Notes under the pieces: generated by a model | Databases searched by the model: none | Seen by the model: the letters and a program-made list of their open reading frames with translations, nothing else | Told to the model about the DNA's origin: nothing | Position numbers and translations under genes: made by a program | Origin: Hemiscyllium ocellatum | Taxonomy: Eukaryota | Length of the DNA stretch: 64,000 nucleotides | Assembly: GCF_020745735.1 (NCBI RefSeq) | Contig: NC_083437.1 | Span: forward strand, 9,982,001-10,046,000 | Direction: 5' to 3' | Shown: positions 36,325 to 49,458 of the stretch, one piece after another | Layout: the number at the start of each line of letters is the position of its first letter | Position numbering within the stretch: the stretch's first letter is position 1

Positions 36325-39300
36325 ATCTTTTCCATCTCAAACATCAAAAGCTGTAAGTACAACAAACTTTTTCCACCCACCTCCATAACCAGTGCTCCTC
36401 AAACATTCCAGAAGATTCCCCCGGCCTCGGAAACACCATTAGCCATGCGGCTGATGCAACTTCCACCCCCACGCTGATTGATGATGTCACTTCTGCCCCC
36501 ATCATGGCCACTCCCAAAGCCATTTCCGGCCCTTATATCATCGCTGATGCCACACGCTCAGTGACTTCCACTATCCCTACTGTCGTGTCTGCCACCACTT
36601 CCGCCCCCACCAGCGCCACTCACCTGCATTCTGCTGACATGCCCTCCACAGACCCCACTGTCACCATCCCCACCCTCCAGAACCCTGAGGGGAACACGAC
36701 CCCTGCTCGTGACTCCACCCCCATTCCCCCCACCATCACACCCACTCCAGGTACTGGTTCTGACCCCACTCCCAGCTCCACACCCACACCAGATCCCAGC
36801 TCCCAGCCCTGCCGAGTTTTCACCATCCCTCCAGACCTCCCCCTCACTGACGACGAATGATCAGTCCTCAGCAAAGAACTCACCTTCATCCCCCTCCGTC
36901 CACGCATCAATGAATTTAATACACGCCGTGAAGTCGAACAATTCTTCCGTCGTCTCCACCTCCGAGCTTACTTTCACAATCAGGATTTCCGCCCTCCTTC
37001 CGAGGACCCCTTCGTCCAACTCCAACACATTGCATCCACCTGGATACCCCGCGCTGGCCTATTACCTGCCCTCGACCTCTTCATTTCCAACTGCCGCCGG
37101 GTCATTAATCGCCTCAACCTGTCTACCCCTCTCCCCCACTCTAACCTCTCACCCTCACAATGCGCAGCCCTCCAATCCCTCTGCTCCAATCCCAACCTCA
37201 CCATTAAGCCAGCGGATAAAGGGGGTGCAGTGGTAGTCTGGCGCACTGACCTCTACACCGCTGAAGCTAAACGCCAACTCGAGGACACCTCGTCCTACTG
37301 CCTCCTCGACCATGACCCCACCCCCCATCACCAAACCATCATCTCCCAGACCATACAGAACCTCATCACCTCAGGAGACCTCCCACCCACGGCTTCCAAC
37401 CTCATAGTCCGGGAACCCCGCACTGCCCGGGTCTACCTCCTTCCCAAGATCCACAAGCCTGACCACCCTGGCTGACCCATTGTCTCAGCATGTTCCTGCC
37501 CCACTGAACTCATCTCTACCTACCTTGACACTGTCCTATCCCCCCTAGTCCAGGAACTCCCCACATACGTTCGAGACACCACCCACGCCCTCCACCTCCT
37601 CCAAGACTTCCGTTTCCCCGGCCCCCAACACCTCATCTTCACCATGGATATCCAATCCCTGTACACCTCCATCCGCCATGACCAAGGCCTCCAAGCCCTC
37701 TGTTTTTTTCCTCTCCAGACGTCCCCAACTGTACCCTTCCACCAACACTCTCATTCGTTTGGCCGAACTGGTCCTCACCCTTAACAATTTCTCCTTTGAA
37801 TCCTCCCACTTTCTCCAGACCAAAGGGATAGCCATGGGCACACGTATGGGCCCCAGCTATGCCTGTCTCTTTGGTGGCTGCGTAGAACAGTTGATCTTCC
37901 GTTATAACACCGGCACCACTCCCCACCTCTTCCTCCACTACATTGATGACTGCATTGGCACCACCTCGTGCTCCCGCGAGGAGGTTGAGCAATTCATCAA
38001 CTTCACCAACACATTTCACCCTGACCTTAAATTTACCTGGACCATCTCTGACACCTCCCTCCCCTTCCTGGACCTCTCCATCTCCATTAATGATGACCCG
38101 ACTTGACACTGACATTTTTTACAAACCCACCAACTCCCACAACTACCTGGATTACACCTCTTCCCACCCTACCTCCTGCAAACGTGCCATCCCGTATTCC
38201 TAATTCCTCCGCCTCCGCCGTATCTGTTCCCAGGAGGACCAGTTCCACCATAGAATACATCAGATGGCCTCCTTCTTGAGAGACCGTAATTTCCCTTCCC
38301 ACGTGGTTAAAGACGCCCTCCAATGCATCTCGTCCACAACCTGCACCTCCGCCCTCAGACCCCACCCCTCCAACCGTAACAAGGACAGTACACCCCTGGT
38401 GCTCACCTTCCACCCTGTCAACCTTCGCATAAACCAAATCATCCGCCGACATTTCCGCCACCTCCAAAAAGACCCCACCACCAGGGATATATTTCCCTCC
38501 CCACCCCTTTCCGCCTTCCGCAAAGACTGTTCCCTCCGTGACTACCTAGTCAGGTCCACGCCCCCCTACGACCAACCCTCCCATCCTGGCATTTTCCCCT
38601 GCCACCGCAGGAACTGTAAATCCTGTGCCCACACCTCCTCCCTTACCTCTATCCAAGGCCCTAAAGGAGCTTTCCACATCCATCAAAGTTTTACCTGCAC
38701 ATCCACTAATATCACTTATTGTATCTGTTGCTCCCGATGCGGTCTCCTCTACATTGGGGAGACTGGGTGCCTCCTAGCAGAGCACTTTAAGGAACATCTC
38801 CAAGATACCCGCAGCAATCAGCCACACCGCCCTGTGGCCCAACATTTCAACTCCCCCTCCCACTCTGCCGAGGACATGGGCCTCCTTCACCGCCGCTCCC
38901 TCACCACCAGACGCCTGGAGGAAGAACGTCTCATCTTCTGCCTTGGAACACTTCAACCCCAGGGATCAATGTGGACTTCAACAGCTTCCTCATTTCCCCT
39001 TCCCCCACCTCATCCTAGTTTCAAACTTCCAGCTCAGCACTGTCCCCATGACTTGTCCAGACTTGTCCAAACTGCCTAGCTCCTTTTCCACCTGTCCACT
39101 CCACCCTCTCCTTCCTGACCTATCACCTTCATCCCCTCCCCCACTCACCATTGTACTCTATGCTACTCTCTCCCCACCCCCACCCTCCCCCAGCTTATCT
39201 CTCCATGCTTCCAGCTCACTGCCTATATTCCTGATGAAGGGCTTTTGCCCGAAACGTTGATTTCGCTGCTTGTTGGATGTTGCCTGAACTGCTGTGCTCT

Positions 39301-39356
39301 TCCAGCACCACTGATCCAGAATCTGGTTTCCAGCATCTGCAGTCATTGTTTTTACC
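36325..39356 (+). mobile_element. Near-complete Neptune-like Penelope-like element (RT + GIY-YIG + pLTR), inactivated
   Basis: ADKGGAVVVW, YLLPKIHKP, GIAMGTRMGPSYACLF, YIDD, PFLD, DIFYKPT; Cys linker CHRRNCKSC; NITYCICC..LYIGETG; several stops and frameshifts. Confidence 0.96.
39227..39262 (+). ncRNA. Minimal hammerhead ribozyme motif in the PLE pLTR (family A)
   Basis: attc-CTGATGA-a-gggc tttt gccc-GAAA-cgtt-gatt. Confidence 0.8.
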
Positions 39357-39688
39357 ATGGTGCCTCAGTGGTTAGCACTACTGCCTCACAGCACCAGGGA
39401 CCTGGGTTCGATTCTGTCCTCAGGCAACTGTCTGAGTGGAGTTTGCACATTCTCCCCATGTCTGTGTGGGTTTCCTCAGGTTTCCTTCCACGGTCCACAG
39501 ATATGTATGTCAGGTGAATTGGCCATGCTAAAGTGTTCAGTGTTTTGCAGGGTAGGGTGGATTAGTCTTGGGGAATGAAGGGTTATGGGGATTGGGTAGG
39601 GGGTGGCTCTTGGTGGGATGCTCTTTGATAGGTTGGTCTGGACTCAATGGGCCAAATAGCCTGCTTCCACACTATAGGAATTCTATGA
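39357..39688 (+). mobile_element. HE1-type SINE abutting the PLE 3' end
   Basis: atggtgcctcagtggttagcac...gggttcgattc. Confidence 0.9.
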
Positions 39689-40479
39689 TATTTGGCCAGC
39701 AGGTATGGTGGGTATGCAACAGGAGTGTAAAGACCTCCCCATGGGTCTGCTACTGGGCTTGGCCAAGGTGACCATGATCAGGCCCAGGCAATAGGCCTTA
39801 CAGGGTATTGTTAACCATGATGGCCTGCCTCTCTTCCATGGACTTAAGACCATCAGTGAGCACTGTGGGGGCTGGACTCCATCTTCAGCCCCTGGAATGA
39901 TTTCTTAGTTTCTACTGTTTTAAGTTTTCTTTTTGAAAATGTAATTTTTGTGACACAAAGCAAAGAAACAAACAATGAAATGCCATCCGCCACCCTGTCC
40001 TCCCACAAAATTGTGAAGATACCAGGCAGTGCTTACAATTCTATAGAAATGTAAATATTTTATACCCAGATTGTTTGTTAGTTACGCTGGTGACTCTCTG
40101 CCATAACCAGCTTTGATTGCAAGGGAAAAAGAGGGAGTAATCTGCACAAGATATATTTTGGCCATTCATTGGTTTGTTTTTCTTTCAGATTCTCCCATTT
40201 TGCATGGGGTCACCATAACATTGGTTGATCACCCTTTCCCCATCTCCCCCATCAAACTGCTCTTTTTAAGTCTCTCACTGTCCATCCTTCTCAAGACTAG
40301 GGGCACGGACACTGCCCATCTCTTGTGGGCAATTCCCTATTAAGCTACCCATCCAATTACCAAATGTCAGTCCATCCATGTTAATAATGGTAGATTGGGA
40401 CTTCTATTGAATTACTGATCCTGTCAGATTACCTGGATTCTGACTAGTTACTGACATTGATTCATTTACAAACGGGGCA

Positions 40480-40642
40480 AAAATAAAGACAAAACACGCT
40501 GGAGAAAATCAGCAGGTCTGGCAGCATCTGCGGAGAGAGAAACAGAATTAACATTTTGTGTTTAGTATGACCCTTCTTCAGAATCCTCTTGAATGTTTTA
40601 ATTTTAAATTTCCAGGATCCACAGTATTTTCCTTTTGTTTTA
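40480..40642. mobile_element. Family D PLE-derived element (decayed)
   Basis: cagcaggtctggcagcatctgcggagagagaaacagaattaacatttt...gacccttcttcagaa. Confidence 0.75.
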
Positions 40643-40711
40643 GTATATGGACAACTTGAATACCTACAGTAAGGGGGGTGTTCGGGGCAGAAAATAGCAC
40701 CACCATCATTA

Positions 40712-40935
40712 TTACAGATTGATGGATGAGCAGACAGACTGGCAAACAGCCAGATTGATAAATAGACTCGTAGTGGATAGATGGAAGAATAGCTAGATGG
40801 ATAGATAAGCCATCAGAAATGTATATAAATAAATGGACTGACTGATAGATCAAAAGACATATCAAAAGTCAACAGGTAGGTTGCCAGTTAGAAAGATAGA
40901 TTGACAGATGGATAGGTAGACAGACAGACAAATAG
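40712..40935. repeat. Degenerate (GATA/GACA/GATG)n microsatellite
   Basis: Period-4 repeats such as gatagatgga and gacagacaga. Confidence 0.7.
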
Positions 40936-41637
40936 TTTCCTTCCCTTAATACATATCTTTGGTCATTTGCTACAAAATTGACTTTATAACTGGAACAAGT
41001 ATCTCAGTGACATTGAATGCAAACAACTTTCAAAAGATTGTATGCTCATTAATTACTTAATACATGTAACGTTCATCCATTATTGATTTACAGCAACCTG
41101 AGCTTAAGACTTTTCTTTATTGCTATTCAGTTACAATTCACAATTTAATATTTCATTGTCAGAATTTATGATGAGAGGTAGAGTTTGAACAGAGATGTAA
41201 ACACTCTTGACATATTTCCTGTGATGCATATCTGATAAAGAATGGAATACATTCATGTTATGTCAACATTGTTGTTCCTTTTATCTGCATGAACGAGGAT
41301 AATGGAAATTCTTCATGATAGCAACTGTAACAAACTATAATTACATCGAAGTTTTAATGTACAAATCTACTTCACAGGAACATTAGCAAACACAGAGTAA
41401 CCAATGGAAGTCAGGTGAGATGACCACGACCATGATCTATGTGTTGGCTTTTAAGATAAATTGTAAGAAGGGAGGCAGAGAGGAATTTGGGAGTGTATTC
41501 TTTCAAGTTGAGTTATTGAAAGCACAATGCTAAACACCACAGTCAGCTTTGGTGTTGCTCGATGCAATGTGACTTGGGTCAGAGTTTCCTCTTTATTAAA
41601 TGGATGTGATGTAGATGAGATTCAGATGTAAGGTTGA

Positions 41638-41766
41638 TTCCTGATGAAGGGCTCTGGCCCGAAACGTCAATTTTCCTGTTCCTTGGATGCTGCCTAACCT
41701 GCTGTGCTTTAACCAGCAACACATTTTCAGCTCTGATCTCCAGCATCTGCAGACCTCACTTTTTAC
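41638..41766 (+). mobile_element. 129-bp family A PLE insert beginning at the hammerhead motif
   Basis: TSD tgtaaggttga at 41627-41637 and 41767-41777; starts ttc-CTGATGA-a-gggc tctg gccc-GAAA-cgtc. Confidence 0.92.
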
Positions 41767-43034
41767 TGTAAGGTTGACATGCCCCTATTCAAATGGATGG
41801 ATAATCAGATGGCCTTTAGTATGTGTATGCAATAGATCCTGCTCAAATGTGTTTTGTTCAGGTGAGACCGAAAGAACAAGGCTTTCTCGTCCTAATAAAT
41901 GAATGGAGCTGTGACTGTTTCAATATGCCCTCTACTTGGAGGGGTGTGGAGTAAATGTGTGATGAATTTATACATTGAGATTCCAGTAGGGAACTGCACT
42001 AGCCAGGGAAGCAATGCAAGAGTCAATTGATAGAAGAATGTGGGTTGTACATTTGTAAGTTCTGTCTCCTGCTTCAGTGTTGGATTAGCTCCATCACCAC
42101 TAGAGAGTGGATTCACAAAAAGACCAAGCTGAAGAGATGAAGCTTCCCTCTATGTACCAGCTGCAAAATCTCTGTGTTAAGTGGGCTTCGGTTTCAATTC
42201 TGGAGCAAATCAAGTTAACCCCCTAGTTGGGGTTAATTTTCAATGAGTTGATAATTCCAATCATGGAGGCTTAGAATTACTGATGCGGACAGTGAAGAAG
42301 CATTACATGAACTGGCTGTAATGTGGGAGTAGGGATGAAGTACAAACTTGGGCCTGAGAGGTGGGAAGGGAGAAGGTTTGTGGGGAAGCTAAGGCAGCTG
42401 AATTATAAAACCCATTTTGTTACACCTGACTCATGAAGACTTGATCCCTGAAATAAAACGTGCTCTCTCCTGCGACACAACATTTTGCAAAAATACCCAC
42501 TTTGTTAAATTACCATAAGCAAGTGACATTAATACATGAAGGTAAATCCACTCCTTAGGAATATTAACTGCTCTACTTGCTTTATGTGTGACAGAAGCAG
42601 GTTAAAATAAATCTTGCACTGGAGTTGGGTCACAAACGCATGCACTACGCTTGTGTGTCTTTATTCAGGGATGGAGAACTCACTTTATGTGAGGAACATT
42701 CAGTTCAGATCAGTGTTCCAGTTCTCTTGATTAAAATTATGAATGGCTATTGTATGAGCTTGTGTCTGTAACTCCAGCCAAATTGCTCTGTAACCCAGTG
42801 TGTGGTTTGCCAGTCCATTGTCAGGATGTGCCTTCCTCCTCACCCCCACCAAATACCTGAGAGTGTATCAGGTAGCCACTAGCTCTCTAAGGTGGACTGC
42901 CCTGTTGTTTCAATGTCTTATTTTTCTTATTGAGCAAATTTCCATAGATATTAAATTTCATTCTTTAAAAACTTTGCTCCTCATCCCCATTTATTTACCA
43001 GGCATTCATTAGTTAAAGAACCAATCCCATTATC

Positions 43035-43760
43035 CCAATCCCATTATCAGCTTTAAGTTCCTTGGAGCAATATTCACCGTTGAACTGTTCTGGTCCACCC
43101 ATGTTGATGTGATGGTCAAGAAAGCACAACAATATCTCTACTTCCTCATGTCCACAAAGACTCTTACCAATTGGTATAGATGCACCATAGAAAGCATTCT
43201 GCCTGGATGCATCATGGTTTGGCAACTGCTCTTTCCAAGATTGTAAGAAAATACAGAGATTTGTGAATACAACCCAGTCCATCATGCGAACCAGCCTTCC
43301 ATCCTTCACGCCATCTACATTTCCTGCAGCCTCAAGAAAACAACCACCATTGCCAAAGGCACCTGCCATCCTGGTTAGGTTCTCTTCCACCCTCTTCTGT
43401 CAGGCAGAAGGGTATAAAAGTTTGAATACATGCATGAAAAGATCAAGAACAGCTTCTTCTCCACTGTTATCAGACTTTTGAACTGACCTTTCAAATCTTA
43501 ATTCTGACCTCCNNNNNNNNNNNNNNNNNNNNNNNNNNNNNNNNNNNNNNNNNNNNNNNNNNNNNNNNNNNNNNNNNNNNNNNNNNNNNNNNNNNNNNNN
43601 NNNNNNNNNNNNNNNNNNNNNNNNNNNNNNNNNNNNNNNNNNNNNNNNNNNNNNNNNNNNNCTGATCCACTTTGTATGGTACGATCTGCCTGTAAAGCTT
43701 TCAAAACAACAGTTTTCATTGTATCTCAGTATGAGTGATAACAATAAATTGAACAAATAA
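43035..43760 (+). mobile_element. Rex1/Babar-clade LINE 3' fragment (spans the gap)
   Basis: Degenerate SFKFLG, VKKAQQ.LYFL, YRCTIESIL.GCI..FGNCS and NSFSP..IRLLN-like motifs, then the 3' UTR. Confidence 0.8.
43513..43661. other. Assembly gap (149 N)
   Basis: Run of N. Confidence 1.
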
Positions 43761-44691
43761 ATAGCACATCAAAACATCTACAATTTTACTTCCACTGAAT
43801 CATCTTCAACCACTTATTCCTTCAGAGCAACTCTACACTAAATAATTGCCTGTTAAGTATTCTTCTATTATTGGATTTTCAGACCAGTTGTTCGAACAAT
43901 TTGAGATTCAAAGGCAGAGGTAGCTGAATATTGTGTGACTCACAATCAACAATAATTAATGTACTTTCTGTAAACAGCATCAGGAAAATTGGTTACCTGG
44001 TCACTGTTATATTGCTGATTGTGAATTTACTGTTTGCAAACTGACTGCTGAATTTCCTACCTTACATAAATAACTACACTGCAATATCGCTTCATCGGAA
44101 ATATTGAGATCATGTATAAGGACCTCATCAATGCAAGTCGTTTTTTTTTAGTGAAAAGGAAATGCTGAATGTGAATGATGCCACAAAGGTGAAAAAGATC
44201 ATCTAATGGTGTATAATAAATGGTCAGTTGTCAAAGAGATCCAATCATCAATTATAACTATTGCAGAGTGATTACATTTTAAAATTCAATATAAGAAATT
44301 GCAGAACAATACAATGAATATAATTATCAGTTCATTTTGCTTTGTCATTCTTTGTCTGAAATTTCATGGTTTTCCTGTATTGAGGTTCACGTCCACAATG
44401 TATGTACAGATAAAGAAATGTCCAGGAATGGCTATGATCACCCGAAGGCTACAGAAATCTGTTTCTGTCTTTCATTCTCACACATTGGTCTTCAATCCTT
44501 CTTGTGATCTCTTTATCATAGTCCTGATTTTGAGCTTTCTGTGGGTGTTCAAAGTATTCCTGTCTGTCAGTTACATAAGGTACCTAGAGAGTAACATAAC
44601 ATGGCAGTATTGTTCACCCACAGACAGAACACAAAGTTGGCGTTAGGTACTCCATCATGACTGGTCAACAGTGGAGAACCTCTCAGTCTTC

Positions 44692-45016
44692 ATAGAATCT
44701 CTACAGTGTGGAAGCACGCCATTCAGCCCTTTCAGTCCACACCGACCCTCCAAAGAGCCCCCCACCCAGACACACCCTTACCCTGTCCCTGTAACCCTGC
44801 ATTTTCCATGGCTAGCCTACTTGGTCTATCCATCCCTGGACATTCTGGGCAATTTAGCATGGCCAATCCATACTGGACTGTGGGAGGCAACCAGAGCACC
44901 CAGAGGAAACCCATGCAGATATGGGGAGAATGTGCAAACTCCACACAGAAATGATGGAGGGTAAAATTGAACCTGGATCCCTGGCACTGTGAGGCAGCAG
45001 CACTAATCACTGACCC
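44692..45016 (-). mobile_element. HE1-type SINE
   Basis: ggcactgtgaggcagcagcactaatcactga (head, reverse complement) and catagaatctctacagtgtgg (tail, reverse complement). Confidence 0.88.
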
Positions 45017-45878
45017 AAGGTATCTTCATTCAGAGTTGATCAGTTTGGATTTATGATTGACCCTGATAGTCAAAGTGATATGGGTCATGTGCCCCAGGTA
45101 CGGTTGAAAATGTTGAGTTGTTGTTTGATGACTTGATTGTTAAGGGGAAATTATTCCGAATATTGTGCATCATGGGTAATCTTTAAGGAATATTAGAACC
45201 ATCAAACAATGCTGATCAAAGTAGTACTGAGAATTCAAACTCTAATAATATGGTGACAAATTAGGCCATTTCAGACTAAGTTGACACAAGACAAGAAAGT
45301 ACATCTTGTCAGGAGAGCACTGATGTACATGTGTGCCATGACTTCTGTGACTGCTGAAGGCTAAATACCAAGCAACAAGCCTCACCCCATCAGCTTCTTA
45401 CAAAATGGTTCACTATAAGAAATGTTCATACCCTGAAGATCTTTATAAGTATTGCATGATAAAGCAGTGCCCTTTATAAACTAAATACACCTTCTCTGAA
45501 AACAGTCTACACTTTAACAGATTAAGAAAGACCTGATTAAATTGTGTGTGGAATTGCATTATCAGAACAGCAAACTGAAAGAATGGTCATGACGGTAATG
45601 TTTACATATTGTTTTTTTTTGGAGCTGGAGTTTTGCTCTGTCACTACATTGCTGTACAGGCTGCCAGCAGATCCTGTGTGGAAATGTCTGATTCCAGTTT
45701 GTAACTGATGAGCTACATTCACAATCAGATTAGTAGACAGGATTGCCAAAATGTTGGAAGCCATATAATGATGCCCAAGCGTACCCTGCCCAGTTATTTC
45801 AGTTGTCTGAGTTGTATTTCAACACATATTGGAGTCAATATCAGCAAATTCAAGGAAAGTGGACTATAAAGGTATCTA

Positions 45879-45958
45879 GGTAAAAACAATGACTGCAGAT
45901 GCTGGAAACCAGATTCTAGATTAGTGGTTCTGGAAGAGCACAGCAGTTCAGGCAGCAA
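45879..45958 (-). mobile_element. 80-bp family A PLE 3' tail insert
   Basis: Reverse complement of the 39280-39356 tail; TSD tataaaggta(t/g)cta at 45865-45878 and 45959-45972. Confidence 0.88.
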
Positions 45959-46012
45959 TATAAAGGTAGCTATACAACCCATCCACAGCCAGAATACTGT
46001 AAATAGTTTTCA

Positions 46013-46353
46013 TACAATCCCTACAATGCAGAAAAAGGCCATTCAGCCCATTGCGTACACAACAACTCTCTGAAGAGCATCCAACCCAGACCCACCCCTC
46101 TATCCCATCTCCATTAACCAAGATGTCCCATGGCTAATCCACATAGCCTGCTCATCCTTAGACACTATGGGCAATGTAGAATGGTCAATCCACCCTAACC
46201 TGCACATCTTTTGACTGTGGGAGGAAACCAGAGCACCAAGAGGAGACTCACAATCACAGGGAGACTCATGCAAACCTCCATAAAATTGGAGTCACACATG
46301 CAAACCTCCATACAATTGCACAAGGTTGGAATTGAACCCATGTCCCTGGTGCT
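46013..46353 (-). mobile_element. HE1-type SINE with internal duplication
   Basis: ctaacctgcacatctttt.gactgtgggaggaaacc; catgcaaacctccata occurs twice. Confidence 0.82.
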
Positions 46354-46389
46354 CCATAGAGTATGGAAAGAGGCCATTCAGCCCCTTAT

Positions 46390-46815
46390 CTCAAGTAAGG
46401 TATCCTGGCATTGGAGACAGTCCAGAGAAGATTCACTCGGTTGTTATCAGGTATGGAGGGGCTGTCATATGAGGAGATACTGAGTTTATTGGACCTGTAC
46501 TTGTTAGAATATAGATGAATAAGAGGAGACCTTATTGAAACATCCACGACGTTTAGGATGTGTGACAGATTAGATGCGGAATTGTGGTTTCTCCTAATGG
46601 TAGAGTATAGGGTCAGAGGGCATAATCTCAGATGAGCACAGAGCTGAGGAAGAATATCTTCTCTGTGGGGAGTGAACCTGTGGAACTCTGTACCTGCAGA
46701 AGGCTGTTGAGGCTGGGTCCTTAAGTATATTCAAGGCTGAGCTAGACAGATCTTTTAAGAAGTAAAGGCATCAAGGGTTAAGGGGAAAAGGCAGGAAAGT
46801 GGCGTTGAGGATCAT
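46390..46815 (+). mobile_element. CR1 LINE 3' fragment
   Basis: gtccagagaagattcactcgg...tatgaggaga...gggcataatctcag...ttcaaggctgag. Confidence 0.82.
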
Positions 46816-47384
46816 CAATTACTATCATGGTCAGTGAAGTACCTTTGAAGTGTAGGACACTGTTGTGATGTAGAGTGACTGCCAACTTGGGAGCAGCAAG
46901 TTTCCACAAAGAACGGTGAGATAAATTATTTTTCTAAATCTGTTTGTTCAGGGTTAGCCCCAATGATGTTTTGAATAGCACCTTGCTATTCCACTTGAAA
47001 AATGAATTGCTGTGAATGCCCAGTTGGTTCCTAGGAACCTTGGAAACAGGAGAGGGAATAGGCCATTTGGTCGATCCAGCCTACCTTGCCATTTAACTAG
47101 ATTTTCTACATCAGGGCTACATTCCCATAGAATCTCCCAATTCTTGATATCATTAATACAAATACAGCACTATATTTAATAAACAATCAAGATAATATTA
47201 ATAAAGTATTTAATACATTTAATAATCAATCCATGGGGAGTTTCAATGTTTTTTTGAACTGCTACAACGTTTGGTATTTAACCTGTGAAATAACCTGCAC
47301 TATGTCTTTAAGCTGGCCAAGTACTGCCCACCCATAGTGTTTGACACCAAGGTTGGTGCCTTGGCAACTTACAGATTCCTGAGA

Positions 47385-47535
47385 GAAGGAAAGTGGGGTT
47401 CAGTTTTAAGTTTCAGTCAAAAACTGGCACCTCCACTGCTGAAGCACAGATTATGGCATGCACTCAGGTCTCAGAGCTGGACTTGAACTGAACGTACTGA
47501 CGCAGAGGTAGAAAGTGCTACTGGCTGAACTAAAG
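47385..47535 (-). mobile_element. DeuSINE-like fragment
   Basis: ggacttgaac...gaggtagaaagtgctactggctga is similar to the reverse complement of a tRNA-like head. Confidence 0.5.
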
Positions 47536-47942
47536 CTCATCTGGGCTAAAGCTATTGAACAGCAATTCATCAGGCCAGTAAATCTTGTCACTCTGTGTCA
47601 GAATGTTGGAACCAGCTGAAGTTTGGAAATTGGGTTTAAGCAGCAACGCTCTGCATTTTGCTGAATCAAACTGCTTCGGAGCTAATTCTCTTTATAAGCT
47701 GCTTTATAAGAGTAGTCGTGCATGTCTGGCACTCTCGAAAGATTTAGTAACTGGACAAAGCTTCCAACATTTATGCCTGGGGTGTAGCCATTGTAAAATA
47801 TTGTGCAGGAAGTGCAGGAAGATCTGTTAAAATGATTGGCTAAGATCAACGTCGGCTTTTGTTGGGTTTACTGCCTGAGCTCCACTGGCACACTCTTTCA
47901 TATTAAACGTTTCAAGACACATGATAAACTTAAAAGTCCATA

Positions 47943-48146
47943 AGTCAAAGAGCGTGGCGCTGGAAAAGCACAGCCGGTCAGGCAGCATCCGAGAATCAGG
48001 GGAATTGACGTTTCAGGCATAAGCCCTTCATCAGGAATTCCTGAAATGTCTATTTTCCTGCTCCTCGGATGCTGCCTGACTGGCTGTGCTTTTCCAGCAC
48101 CACACTCTCGAATCTGATCTCCAGCATCTGCAGCCCTCACTTTCTC
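47943..48146 (+). mobile_element. Palindromic family A PLE-derived element
   Basis: Perfect 14-bp TSD cttaaaagtccata at 47929-47942 and 48147-48160; intact hammerhead core on the minus strand at 48003-48039. Confidence 0.92.
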
Positions 48147-48451
48147 CTTAAAAGTCCATAGGAGACATAATCTTGACATCGATTGAACCTTTGAATACAC
48201 TTCAATATTTAATTCCACCTTTAGCTGATCAGTAGAGTTAATGCAAGTTGTGGATTGAAAGCTGATTTGAAACAAACCAATAATATTGATAGGTTTTAAA
48301 AACAGATGTTTAAAATTATCCTGCCCACAATTACAGTTTGGTCACTATTTCTGATAAACACTGTACAACAATACAGTGTGGGCCAGTTGCAATTTCTTCC
48401 TTCACCTATTGGTGTTGGTCTTTTTCCACCACTTTTATTAATGAAGTCAAA

Positions 48452-49070
48452 AATCCGAAAGAACTGCAGATGTTGGAAATCAGACACCAAAAACAGAAAT
48501 TGATGGAGGAGATCAGCAGGTCTGGCAGCATCTGTGGAGAGAAGTCAGAATTAACGTTTTGGATCCAGTGACACTTCCTGAGAAGTGATGGTAGCTTGGA
48601 AAATGTTGGTCTTTATGCAGAAGATCAGGTGGGGAGCAGGGGGGTAAAGGAGCAAATGATAGGTGAGGATAGAGAGAGAAGAGCAGTGGGACAGACTTGA
48701 GTGGTTAAAGATCAGCCTGCAAGAATGAGTGGCTACAGATGGGGACAATTAGTGGCTAACAATGGATTATAAGTAACAGCAGACATGTAAGAATAAAAGA
48801 CAAAAATTGAAATTGCTGGAAAACCTCAGCAGGTCTGGCAGCATCTGTGGAGAGAAATCCGAGTTAACGTTTCAGGTCAAATGAGCTTCCTCAGAACTGA
48901 CTCTGTGATAACAAAACCTGGCGTGTGGGGGGCATGGTAAGGACATGGGGGAAAATGCCTCAAGTCCTAAAATTATTGAACTCAATATTGAGTTCTGAAG
49001 GTTGCAGGATCCCCAGCCAGGTGCTGAGCTTCACTGGAGCACTGCAGCAAACCTGAGGCCAGACGTTCCC
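48452..49070 (-). mobile_element. Family D PLE 3' end with two pLTR copies
   Basis: pLTR at about 48455-48585 and 48795-48900; minus-strand peptide LGILQPSELNIEFNNF resembles the PLE C-terminus LRTLQPQGINVDFTSF. Confidence 0.8.
48863..48897 (-). ncRNA. Minimal hammerhead ribozyme motif (family D, stem II degenerate)
   Basis: Reverse complement gtt-CTGAGGA-agctcatttgacct-GAAA-cgtt-aac; stem I gtt/aac. Confidence 0.6.
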
Positions 49071-49458
49071 TCTGCGGTGGGAAACAAGCAGATTAAGGTT
49101 TTGTATGTGGATTAAATTCTTCTCACCGCCATAGCCTGAGCTTATGACAGTAGCTATATAAATACAAGTTTTTTTTTTCAAAAATAGAAATATAGCTTTG
49201 TGAGTTGCTTATTCATTCCTTTTAAACAGAGGGCTAATGGTTCCATTAAAATAGCAGGCAGAACAATTCAGGATGAAAGGATTAAGTATTTTGACACAAT
49301 TTAAGAGCTCATGCACTAATGACCTTGCAAATATTGAGAGACAATTTCCTCAGCTGACTATTTTTAACCGTTATTTACCAGATTTGAGTGAGGCAAAATT
49401 AATTCTTTTCTTTGTTGTAAGAACCATATCTTTTTAGTTTTGTCTTTTTAAAAGCTGT

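Noticed and set aside
43400-43756. ORFs spanning X runs
   Set aside because: Produced by the N gap
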